From positions 1 through 64,000 of the forward strand of contig NW_021833441.1 of the NCBI RefSeq assembly GCF_006345805.1: a stretch of 64,000 nucleotides of DNA. The letters run 5' to 3'. Positions 50,490 to 62,730 of the stretch are shown here, one piece after another; positions within the stretch are counted from its first letter, which is position 1, and the number at the start of each line of letters is the position of its first letter. Source of the DNA: Octopus sinensis. Lineage: Eukaryota. The notes under the pieces were generated by a model. It did no database searches. It was not told where the DNA came from and saw nothing but the letters and a program-made list of their open reading frames with translations. The position numbers were made by a program, and so were the translations under genes.

Positions 50490-51890
50490 TATTATATATG
50501 GAGAAAATATTTTATATTATATATGGAGAACATATTATTTTATATCATATATGGAGAAAATATCATTTTATATTATATATGGAGAAAATATTATTTCATA
50601 TTATATATGGAAAAATATTATTTTATATTATATATAGAGAAAATATTATTTTATATTATATATGGAGAAAATATTATTTTATATTATACTAGCATTAAAG
50701 ATCCGTTGTTGCCGGGTCATAGTGCTAGTGCATGTATATATGTGTATATATATGTGTACGTATTACTTGTACATCCACATATATACATCTACACATAAAA
50801 TACAAAATACAAAGTTATATCTTGATATCACTAGTGATAACAATACTCGAAATATATAACAGACTGGAATTGTTAGCCCGTCTCATGTAATTTCGACCAA
50901 TTGTATCTTGTCCTCCCTCTTGTCTAGAAGTGTGGCTACAATCCAGCCTACCTCTACTTCGGGGTGGTGCATTTAAAATTTTTTCCGGGACGTCCTACGT
51001 CCCAGATATAAAGGTAAAGATAAAATATTTCCACTTTGCAAGTTCGAATCGAGTACTCCCTTGCACGCTCCGTTGACTCGAACCTTGCTTCTATTGTGGC
51101 GCCTCTGATTAACCATCTGGACTATTACATTTCTGCACGCTAATTTTATTTTCAATTTATTCCCATTCATGTGAAACCACTTATTCAAGTTCAAGTCATT
51201 GATGCAATTTTATACCAATTGCTATTTTTACTTTTGTTATGTTACGATTATATTATACTTTAGTTTGATTTTAATTATTACTTGCTACATATAATTCAAT
51301 TGTTATTATTATTTTTATTGTTAAAGTGAAAGTATCTGACATAAAATAGAGAAATATTTTTGTTTCACTTTTAACACGTAATACTGAAATAGTGGAGAAG
51401 ATATGATATTGCTATGGGCTCGCTCTAGGCAAGAAGTTGAACATTTTGTTTGCCCATGGAACTACATGGACCCTAAGTAAGGCATGTGTAAAATTTGAAT
51501 GAAATTGGTTTTGTAGTTCTCAAGTTTTAGGGAATCGTAGTGGAGAAGATATGATATTGCTGTGGGCTCGCCCTAGGCAAAAAGTTAAAAAGTTTGTTGC
51601 CGATGACACTCCCAGGACCCTAAGTAAGGCATGTATAAAATTGGAATGAAATTGGTTGTGTAGTTCTCAAGTTTTAGGGAAACACACAGACAGACAGACA
51701 GACACATTCTCAGTTTTATATATATAAAGATATGGAGAAAATATTTTATATTATATATGGAGAAAATATTATTTTTTATTATATATGGAGAAAATATTAT
51801 TTTATATCATATATGGAGAAAATGTTATTTTATATTATAAATGGAGAAACTACTATTTTATATCATATATGGAGAAAATATTATTTTGTA
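50490..51890. repeat. 26-bp minisatellite (ATATGGAGAAAATATTATTTTATATT)n, split by a Helitron
   Basis: Units lie at 50490-50688 and 51731-51890. Confidence 0.9.
50689..51730 (-). mobile_element. Non-autonomous Helitron-like element
   Basis: Minus strand reads A|TCTTTATATATATAAAA..(GACA)n..ACCCGGCAACAACGGATC hairpin..GCTAG|T, with no TSD. Internal ~145-bp duplication at 51390-51680. Confidence 0.75.
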
Positions 51891-52100
51891 GCACAAAATA
51901 TCATCAAAGACGATTCTTGGAGGTTCTTTTTCGATTTTCACTCAAAAGTTTGTTTCTGCTGCTATGTACTCTGTTTCATTACCACAACGTGAACCTGGAA
52001 ACATTATGAAAAAACAAAATATTAAATTTTAAGCACATTAATTACCGGACAGTATAATATATACACCCATATATATATATATTACATACATACCCCACAT

Positions 52101-52136
<36 letters not shown>

Positions 52137-52270
52137 TGATTTGAAAAGCCCACTAGATTGGGAGAAAGCGCTAATCCGAATATGATCTGAATGATATGAT
52201 ATATATGTAAAAAATGTAATATATAAATAAATATCTACAAATATGAACCAACCGATCTGATTACCTCATT

Positions 52271-52311
<41 letters not shown>

Positions 52312-53204
52312 AAAAATCCCGAATAAACATTTCACGCTTCTATGTAAATATAAATAAGTCTACGTATTATTATTATAATTATATTTATAATTATAATGAT
52401 ACAAACTAATGCACTGATCCTCTCTTCTAAACACATATAATACGTATGTACATATAAGTGTGTCTGAGCGGAAAAATATATATGTATATATATTTTTGTG
52501 CGTGTGTGTCCTCTGTTTATATTTTATCTAATATGAATAATATAATGCATATGATATTATTAATAATTGATTATTGTGTATGCTTATAAATGTAAATATG
52601 TATGTACATTTAAGTGTATAAATCAGTATTTATGTATATTTATATATGTATGCATATGTATATGTATAAGTATTTAAATGTGTGTGTATTTATTTATTTT
52701 ATATTTATTTATAAAATCTCGGAAGAAGCCCAGAGAAACACCCAAGTACCTCAATTTCATCTACTAATTATTTCAGTCTACTCGACGAATAAAGGTAGAA
52801 TGAGGTATTTTTTGACTTCACAATTTGGGTATTCATAGCTTATTCGGAATTCGTAAAAGCAAGATCGTATGTAAGATAGTTCGGTATTCTCTGTAAACGC
52901 ACAAAAGCTGTTTTAAGGACTACATACTTTGTATTGTTGTTATTGGATTAGGGAAGTAATTTTGAGGACGGCACCAAGAGATAAACCCCGCTTTTCCGGG
53001 AATTAAAGGGTACATCAGCCTTGATAGATCGCCAGCCACTAAACCGTTTTCTATTTTCTCTCCCTATTTATTTCTGTGTTCCTTTCTGTCGAAGAGCGTA
53101 GGCTCGAAACGTAGAAGACTTTCCCACTTCCCGAGCGTTAAACTAAAACATCTGTTTGTTGTTTACACACCCATCTTCGTCTTTTGTTTTTTGTAAATTC
53201 TCAC

Positions 53205-53242
<38 letters not shown>

Positions 53243-54249
53243 CGTGCGTGCGTCTGTGTGTTTGTGTGTGTGTGCGTCTGTGTGTGTGTGTATGTGCGTG
53301 TGAATGAAGGCTACCATTAGTTTCATTAAAAGAAAGTAGGAAAATATCCTACTGTCTTAACGAATCGTCAAGTCAATCAGGCGAATACCTTTAACATGAA
53401 ACCAAACCAATGGTAGCCTTAACTCACAACTAAAGAAGTTATATATCCACCAATCTGGTGTTGAGCGCTCATTTTACCGGTCTACATTTATGCATATACG
53501 TATAAATATATATATATATACTTTATAATTAGGGTTCAGCAAAGATTTGCTTCACATACCGAAGTTTAAAAATAGCAGTAAAAAAATTCAAAATACGAAT
53601 GAGAGTTCATCACCTTCCCCTGCCCATTAGCGTGTCGCCAAGTAAGATGCTTCAGGGAGAAACTGTAGTTCCATTATCAATAATAACAAAGGGTAAAATT
53701 AATTAATTAAGAAGTAATCAGTAATTTTACCAAGCAGAATTCGGCATGAAAAATACCATTTCATTGTAAGCTTAATTAATACTTTAAAATTAGGGTTCAG
53801 CAAAGATTTGCTCACCACATACCGAAATTTAGAAATAGCAGTCAAAAAATCTTAGCTATTCCTTCTACATTAAAACTGTAGTGATTTTTATTGGCGCAGA
53901 TGGTTGTGAATGTATCCGGTATCGAAGTACGATAAGCTGGAAAAGGTAATTCTTTAGTTCACGGTTAGCAACTGTGGTTTGGATATGTATGTGTGTGACT
54001 TTATATATGAATATATATATATTCACTCACCCTCTCTCTCTTCTTCCCTCTCTCTCTCTCTCATCCTCTCTCTCGTTCTCTGTGTATATTCATACACACC
54101 CGCACTCATCTACTAAGGAAAGTTTGAAATTATCTTCATTTACTAAAACTTTCTGTGGTTGGACTGCCTTATGCGCTCGTGTGCTAAACAAAAGGTTGTA
54201 CTCATGTAGTTACCTAACTGAGGGCTGACTTTCATCGCTCCAGTTTTCT

Positions 54250-55300
54250 TTCTTGTGTTGCAGAGTAAACATGGCTTGCAGTGTGCCCAAAGAAAACTCA
54301 GAGATCAGTGACTGAATTTCCAAGACCGAAGGTGTTCCAGGGGCTGAAATTCATTGTAGGCCTTCAGCACAATACTAGGACAGCACTCTGGCCGCGTAGA
54401 AGTGACTTTGAGCGGATGGATAAGCTTTAAAACGGTTGGGCAAACGTGAAGCAGGAAGAGGGAGCAGGGTGCCCATCATCCTCCACCACTGACGTGAAGA
54501 ATTTACAAACTTGCGTAATGGAGCCGAGTAAACCGTCGAGTGATCACCGACGGCGTGGTATGTTCTCTGCAAATTAGTCAGGGTTCTGCATACGAAATCA
54601 TCCACGACAAGCTTCCCTTTCTGAAAGTCTGTGCGAGATGGGTACCAAGAGAACTTATCAAAGCTCATAAATGCAATTCTGTGGAGATCTATCAATGCTT
54701 ACGTGACTACTACAACGATGAAACCGAAGAGTTGTTTGGAGAAAATGGTCACAGGAGATGATACCCGGATATATCACTTTGAACCACAATCCAAACGGTA
54801 GAGTATGGAGAGAAATACCCGGAATCGCAAGCGAAAAGGAAATTCAAAACTCAACCTTCCGCCGAATAAAGGGTACACAGAATGGCTTATACCTAAATAT
54901 TACCCGGAAAAGTAGTTTATAGTGACAAGTTTAAGCTATTGTGAAATGCTGGCCAACAAAGTGTAACTAGAAATTTGCCCTAAACGCCGAGGTTTGTTGT
55001 CAAGGCAAGTGTTGAGGCCAATGAAAACTTTGGATTCGAGTTGCTGGAACCACCTGAATACCATGCACATCTCGGCCCTTCCGATAACCATCTCGTCGGA
55101 CCGCTCAGTCTTCCTTTACGAGGTCATACATTTGTTATGGATTAAGAAGTCCAAGAGGCCGCGAAGAAATGGCTGTGCAGCCAATCGAAAACCTTCTTCT
55201 CCGACGGAATAAACAAGCTTGCAGAACACACTGGAGGAGGTGCATCGAATAACATGGAGTCTATGTGGGAAAATGATGTAATTGTCTAACACCCTGATTT
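54250..55300 (+). mobile_element. Highly decayed mariner transposon
   Basis: IIHDKL..KVCARWVPREL and further transposase remnants in mixed frames. Boundaries are approximate. Confidence 0.7.
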
Positions 55301-55656
55301 TGTTTTAATACATTACAGAAACAAAAGTGTGTGTAATATATTTATATGTATGTATATGTATGTGTCCATTTATATAAACACACACACGCGCGCGTATATA
55401 TTTATATATGTATACACAATGCACACACGCAGAGAATACAGCTATTGTTGCTGCCGTTGATGACGACGACGATTATGATGATGATAAGGAGGGGGAGGAT
55501 AATGGCGATGACAACAGCGGTGTTGATATTTTTTGATGACGTCTATCGTAAAAGTGCTTGTGTTGTTGGAACTGTTGCCTGTGATTATCCCCATCATGAC
55601 AATATTGGCGATGCTTTTGATGGTACAATGGATAAAAAAAGACAAATCGCACTCAC

Positions 55657-56045
55657 TTTTGCCGGTGGTAAATTTCCAGGGATTCGCTCTCTTTCGTTTG
55701 ATCACAAACTCCTTGACGCCATCTCTGGTATCTTTCTTGTATAAACAATAGAATACGAAGATGAAGATTCCTTGAAGGGTATTGCATACAAGAAAAAGGT
55801 ACCGAAACACTGTTGCTGCTTCGCTAACAGCGAAGAATGCAAAGACCCATGTGAGTCCAAACAAAAACAGCAAACCAACCAGGCCCAGAACACGTACTAT
55901 ACTTCTTTTGCGATCAAACCTCTTGTTTCTTTGCGGTGATATGAGACGCCATGTCACGAGAGATATCAGGATAAAGTTGAAGATGAGAATTATCACCACG
56001 GGAGTCAGGAAAGCAACATAGAAGGAAGGTTCTGATAACCAACAG
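55657..56045 (-). CDS. Exon of an adhesion/secretin-class (7tm_2) GPCR covering TM5-TM7 and the start of the C-tail
   Basis: CWL..FYVAFLTPVVIILIFNFIL..LLFLFGLTWVFAFF..YLFLVCNTLQGIFIFVFYC are hallmark adhesion-GPCR motifs. There is a polypyrimidine tract and TAG acceptor at 56046-56048, and a consensus GTGAGT donor at 55651-55656. If that donor is not used, the ORF runs to the stop at 55442. Confidence 0.85.
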
Positions 56046-56279
56046 CTACAAAGAAAATGGAAAGGCAATGAAGAAAAGAAATTTGCCAAATGTTCAGTCA
56101 ATAAAATGAAGTATCACAGAAGCATTAAGGGCAAGAGATTTCGATCCAAAACAAAACGAAACATTTCTCAAACTTGCAGCAAATTAGGTACGCTATTGAG
56201 TAGAATATATTTATTGAAACTTTCAGTTTACGGACACACAGAATCACACACACATATATATATGTATGTATTTATATAC

Positions 56280-56312
<33 letters not shown>

Positions 56313-56799
56313 TGTATGTATGTATGTATGTATGTATGTATGTATGTATGTATGTATGCATGTATGTATGTATGCATATATGTATGTATGCATGTATGTA
56401 TGTATGTATGCATGTGTGTATGTATGTATGTATGTATGTATGTATGTATGTATGTATGCATGTATGTATGTATGTATGTATGTATGTATGTATGCATGTA
56501 TGTATGTATGTATGTATGTATGTATGTATGTATGTATGTATGTATGTATGTATGAATGTATACTGGTCCACTGGTCTCGATGCTAGAAGGTGTTAGGAGT
56601 TCACTCCCGTGCTCGCAATTCATCGGATGCAGCTGTGAATCGTTAACCACATAGAGATGTACTTTTGGGTTTAAAAAATCGCAGTAGAGTCCGCTCGAAC
56701 GGACAGCCATGTTAAAGTGGCTACGAATATTACTTCTCAGTACAACTACTGTGTTGATTCCTTAAAGAGATTTTAGGACTAGCATTTTTGTTTATATAT

Positions 56800-57085
56800 T
56801 AATATATATCCATATACATTGATAGACATTGCAATGACCAAAATATTTTCCGCAAAAGTTATGGAGATATTGGCAGAGTGCAAAGACCTCGAAATTGAAG
56901 AAAAAAAAGTTGTGGGGTATGAAGGGGAAAACAGTACCAGTAATATCTGTAGCAGTAGACATGATAAAAACATATGAACAAAATCGTGGAAGCTAGTTTT
57001 GGACAATTCAGTACTATACACTTCCCAAAACATAGTCGTGCTAGGAACAGCCCATATCGTACGCAAGATATTATCAATTCAATAC
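56800..57085 (+). mobile_element. Old 3' fragment of an R4/Dong-type element
   Basis: ..KDLEIE..SQNIVVLGTAHIVRKILSIQ matches the C-terminus of the element at 39647-40951. Confidence 0.65.
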
Positions 57086-57149
57086 TACAAACAAAACGAT
57101 CCACAAACACAACACACTCTCTATACAGCAAATATCCAGGAAAATAAAC

Positions 57150-57520
57150 AACCAGCAACAAGCTGGTGGATGGGTGCTACAAGAGAATGCTGATGATGGC
57201 TCTGAATATTAATCAGTATACACTGATGATGAAGAAGTGATAGATGTACGAGCGCCTCCCAAAATTTAGCTCGAAAATAACACAGAGGAGGAGACTGAGG
57301 TTAGCTAGAGATGCTCACTGTCATTCAGAGTTGATACGGCAATCAGTGCTCCGTACATGTACACACTAGAGGAGGGAGACCGAGAATGACACATGCTGAT
57401 GTCCTAAGGACGGACACTGGACTCTGGGAGACGCAGGACATAGCAGCGATGATTGAAGGACAAGAACTGCTAGAGAGAACTCGTCCATGGATCTCGGGAA
57501 TTTTATCCACACTAGGTAGA
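57150..57520 (+). mobile_element. Decayed RTE-like LINE 3' fragment
   Basis: Remnant peptide YERLPKFSSKITQRRRLRL..HCHSEL.. resembles the RTE-type ORF2 C-terminus. Confidence 0.45.
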
Positions 57521-57614
57521 TGATAGTGAATTAGGTTTACCACCAGCAATCAAAGTCGTGGCTTTACCTTGGTGCTAGATGACCTACTATTCTACAATAT
57601 TAAAAGTATAAATA

Positions 57615-57942
57615 AATCGTGGCATCTTGGGCAAGTGTCTTCTACTCTAGCCCCGGGCCGACCAATGCCTTGTGAGTGGATTTGGTAGACGGAAACTGAA
57701 AGAAGCCTGTCGTATATATGTATATATATATAAGTGTGTGTGTCTGTGTTTGTCTCCCTAGCATTGCTTGACAAACCGATGCTGGTGTGTTTACGTCCCC
57801 GTCACTTAGCGGTTCGGCAAAAAGAGACCGATAGAATAAGTACTGGGTTTACAAAGAATAAGTCCCGGGGTCGAGTTGCTCGATTAAAGGCGGTGCTCCA
57901 GCATGGCCGCAGTCAAATGACTGAAACAAGTAAAAGAGTAAA
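57615..57942 (+). mobile_element. Family-1 SINE lacking the head; a diverged copy lies at ~62525-62945
   Basis: Direct similarity to 558-960. Confidence 0.8.
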
Positions 57943-60014
57943 TCTAGCAATAAATTTAGTTGAGCAGAGAAAATAAGATGGATGAAAAAGAGAAATACTT
58001 ACACCTCTGCGATTTTGGTGTAATTGTCTGTGTTGTTAATTGCCAGGGTAATTGTAACGATGACTGCTGGAAGACCTGACAACGAAATTTACAGAAATGA
58101 AGATATTAATTAATATTTAAAACCATTATCATATGACATTTGAATGAATTTTGTTGACTATGTTTTCGTTCAGAAAAATTGTCTAGTTTAAAACAAATCA
58201 ATATTCTACTTCGTATCACACACTGGTCACTGCTTACCATTTGCTCCTTATCTTCTTGGCTTCTTTCAAGAATATGTTTCAATGGAAAACAAAAATAAAA
58301 TCTGAAAAGTTCTGGAGAACGTTTGAAGATTAAATGGCATGAGGGACAACAAAAATTCGCTCACCATCTTCACATATTACTTCGTATGTCAGGTAAAAGT
58401 GCAAAATGGATTACTCTTAGGTTTCGTCTAGAGACGAGATCAGACTGCAACCATTTGCATGAAAATTCAAATAACTTTAAACTACCCAACAGACTAGAAC
58501 AAGGAGTGGGTGCTTTAGTTCTCTATAGTTTACATTTCATCACGGATGTATAAATATTATATTTCATTCATCTTTGTATCCACGCGTTTGCATCTCTTTT
58601 CAACTTCTTGCAACACCTCAACAGTTTACCAATCTATTCAATCCCAAATGATGAACTGCTAACCCATTACGTTTCAAATAAAAATCAAATCATTCATTTG
58701 TCTTTATTCTTGACTGAACTACCACGCTGATTATTCATTGAGTTATTTAGCTAACTGACATTTTCCTTGTTCCAAGTTGTTAAAACAATTATCCTTTTTG
58801 TGTCATTCTCCAAAACATGATATATTTTGAATTTACAAGTAAATTATACAAGTAAAAACACTGAATGAAGGAGATATTTGATTATTTTTTGATAGCTTCA
58901 AATCTAATGAGTCATCTCTTCACTGGAATGAAAATATTAGCAAAGAATGTTTAGCATAAAATGTGACTCCACCAGAACTCGGAGTCCGTGTATCCATTGG
59001 TTCATCTGGATTTTAGCTTAAAATCTCACTCCATATTCAACGCACGATATATAGTCATCCACCATAACCTGGACATTTACGTACGTTACACGATGGTATT
59101 ACAAAATTTAAACCGTCAAAAAATTTCTAAGTGTCGATGATTTTCTCGACGTGTTAGAAAGAGTAGCTAAATTACTTTAGATCTCATTCTACACTCTTGG
59201 TAAATGGAACAACAAATTAGATAATGTAGTATTTGATATATTGACCATATAATTATCGACAGAACGTTGTCAATTATAGGTCTGCCTAATGAGTTCTGAA
59301 TTAGCGCCAAACTACAACAGTAGGGTAGAGAAGTTTACAGTGAAAGTTCAGTGCTCCTGGATTTTACTGTGAGACAGATCTGTAATCTAAACCGAGGTTA
59401 ATTAAAGCAACGGGATTGTCATTTCTAACTTCAAAAGTGCTTTTCAATACTCTTTTCTACTCTAAGCACATGGCCCGAAATTTTGGGAGGAGGGGGTCCA
59501 GTCGATTAGATCTGCCCAATTACGCAACTGGTACCTAATTCATCGGCCCCGAAAGGATGAAAAGCAATGTCGACCTCGGCGGAATTTGAACTCAGAACGA
59601 AATGCCGCTAAGCATGTCTCCCGGCGTACTAACGTTTCTGCCAGCTCGCCGCCTTAGTGCTCTTAAATAGTGAAAGATTGATAATGATGAAGAAGATTCA
59701 AGACATAGAGCACTATTCCCGATGGGATTGTGAATGCTTTCTGTAAAGTTAGATTAAAGTAATACGAAAAATAAACGGAACACCTACTGATAACTAACAG
59801 TAAATTAAATCCAAGGAACATGGTTACACTGTTTAGCATCCAGAGTTCAAGTTCCATCTAGGTTAGCTTTTCCCTTCAGCATTTTTGGTTTAATGAAATA
59901 AATAAGACCAAGAGATATGCTGGTCTCGAATCTTTCAAGTAAATCTTTTTCCTATCAAGTAATTTCAAATACAAAACTGAAATATGGAGAATGAGTTTAT
60001 GTGTGTGTGTGTGG

Positions 60015-60063
<49 letters not shown>

Positions 60064-60306
60064 GGGAGAGAGAAGAGAAAAAATATGTGTGTAAGATATA
60101 AAGTTTGAGTCAGAAAACCAGAAAGCCATTATACATACCCCAAGCCAAAATTGAACTTTTCTTCATAAAAGACGTCTCCCATGTTTTGAATACAACGACC
60201 ACACTTAGGAAGACATGGAAAGCTTCAACACTCATCCACGCGAGAGATGTCAGGAGGAAGTAGTGTAAAAAGCCAGCTACTACCTACAACAACAACAACA
60301 ACAAAA

Positions 60307-60351
<45 letters not shown>

Positions 60352-60632
60352 TAATAACAATAGCAACAACAACAACAACGACGACAACAGGTTACTGATT
60401 TCTGAGATTGATACATGGTCTTAAATAGATATTGTTTTGCAGGGTGTTGGTATATGGTTAATTATATCAATATCAGTACTTCATTGGTATTTTAGGTTTA
60501 CGAACCCAGAAAGGATGAAACCCAAACTAGACGCCTGCTGAAGTTTTAACACAAAACTTAATGTTCACTGTCAATACTTTCCATTCTCAGAGAATCAACC
60601 AGAACAAGTTAGACCGACATCTTTGAGAAGTA

Positions 60633-61901
60633 CGAGGGGCGTTCAATAAGTAATGCCCCTGACCCACTTGCAGTTGTTTGATCTAGCTGAAATTTTTGCA
60701 CATGTTTGATCTAGCATGTGCAATTATTTATATCTCTATAGATTAAGTGACAAATTACAGCTCTGAATTAATTGTGGTTTCTGATTTACAGGTGTTTGAA
60801 CTGAGTCAAGTGTGGAATGGAGCCTGTTGAGTGTCGAGCAGTGATCCGGTTTTTGTATTTGAAAGACGCACACCACGGGAGACTTTTGATGAAATGAAAG
60901 TAACTTATGGTGATGATGCCCCATTATATGACCTTGTAAAACGCTAGCATCGTTTCAACTCTGTGGAAACAGCTCCCAGATCTGGTCGCCCCCTACTGCC
61001 ATTGATGAGGCATCTGTCCATCAAGTTGAGGCTGCTATTTTGGAAGATCGACACATAACTATTCGCCAAATAGCCCATGAGGTCAAGATTGGTACCGGGT
61101 CTGTGGAAACTATCATTCATGACCATTTGCATATGAAAAAGGTGTCTGCCAGATGGATTCCCAGGTTGCTCACACCTTTCCAAAAGCAAGAGCGCGTCGA
61201 GTGCTCGAGGATGAATTTGGAGATGTGCCAAGATGAGTCAAAATTTTTTAAAAGACTGATTACACAGGATGAAACCTGGGTCCATCACTATGATCCAGAG
61301 ACAAGAGCCCAGTCAATGCAGTGGAAGCACCGTGACTCACCTCCTCCAAAGAAGGCAAGGATGCAGCCCTCCGCTGGCAAGGTCATGCTCACAGTCTTCT
61401 GGGACCAGGACGGAGTAGTGATGACAGATTTCCTGGCAAAGGGTACCACAATTACAGGAGCCTATTATGCTTCACTTTTGAGGAAATTAAGAGAAGCTAT
61501 CAAAATCAAGAGGCGGAGCAAGATCAGCAAAGGCATCCTCCTCCTGCAGGACAACGCTCCGGTCCACAACTCGATGGTCGCCAGATCAGAAGCACAGGCG
61601 TGCGGCTATGAATTCCACCCCATCCCCCCTACTCTCTTGACCTTGCACCCTAGGATTTTCACCTCTTCCCAGTCATGAAGTTGTTTTTGAAAGGAAAGCG
61701 TTTCCCAGATGATGCAGCCTTGATTTCTGAAGTCACGTCGTGGTTGGAGGACCAAGCTAGGGTCTTCTACAAAAACAGTATCCATAGCTGCATCAAACGA
61801 TGGGAGAAATGCGTAACTCTGAGTGGTTCCTATGTAGAAAGAGACTAATAACTGTGCCAAGTTTCGCTGGGTCAGGAGCATTACTTATTGAACGCCCCTC
61901 G
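60633..61901 (+). mobile_element. Full-length mariner transposon (D,D34D type) with an inactivated transposase at 60817-61848
   Basis: ~33-bp TIRs CGAGGGGCGTTCAATAAGTAATGC(C/T)CCTGACCCA and a TA TSD at both ends. Motifs WIPRLL, ITQDETWV, LQDNAPVH, Y.LDLAP*DF. Contains stops and frameshifts. Confidence 0.93.
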
Positions 61902-62683
61902 TAAAACATTCATAATTATAATAGAAATCCTTTCTAATAAAGACACAAGGCCTTAAATTTGGGAGTGGGGGGGACTAGTCGGTGATATCGACCCCATTGT
62001 CTCACTGAAAATTTATTGACTCGAAAGGATGAAAGATAAAGTCGACCTCGGTGGAATTTGAACGGAGAATGTAGCGACTACGCTCGGTAGTGAAGTGAAA
62101 GCACGCTATAAAAATAAAACTACTGAGTGATAATAATAATAATAATAATAATAATAATGGTTAGTAAGAGCTGTGCCGTCTGGGTTAGAGAGGTTAAAAT
62201 GCATTTGAAGTAATAGACTGTTGTTCATAACAAAATATATAATGGCTGCGAAGTCTTTTCGCTTACCTTACAACCTGCCATTGTTTGCATCCCGACAAGG
62301 AAGATAAAATAAGTGACAGCCAAAGAAGAGCACAGGCTTACTAAAATCTTCGAACTCATTAAATCCCATGGATTTCTGAAATAATGAAGAAATCCATTAA
62401 TATTTCATTTATTGAAACAAACTCTAAAACAATCACTCAATGCATAAATAATAAAGTACGACTGTGTGTGTTGGTGGTTGGCTCAGTTAGAAAATAAAGG
62501 GTATCTTAAAATCAATAAATGTTTTATCTGTGGCTGTGTGGTAAGGAGTTTGCTTCTCAACCACATGGTTCCGGGTTCAGCCCCACTGCGTACGACCTTG
62601 GACAAATACCTTCTATTACAGCCTCGGCTCTATCAAAGCCTTTTGAGTGGATGCGGTAGGTGGGAACAGAAAGAAGGCGCTTT

Positions 62684-62730
<47 letters not shown>

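Noticed and set aside
58237-58305. Possible small minus-strand exon (TTTTCAG..ATG|GTAAGC)
   Set aside because: The splice signals are plausible, but the peptide FYFCFPLKHILERSQEDKEQM has no recognisable GPCR similarity. It needs RNA evidence.
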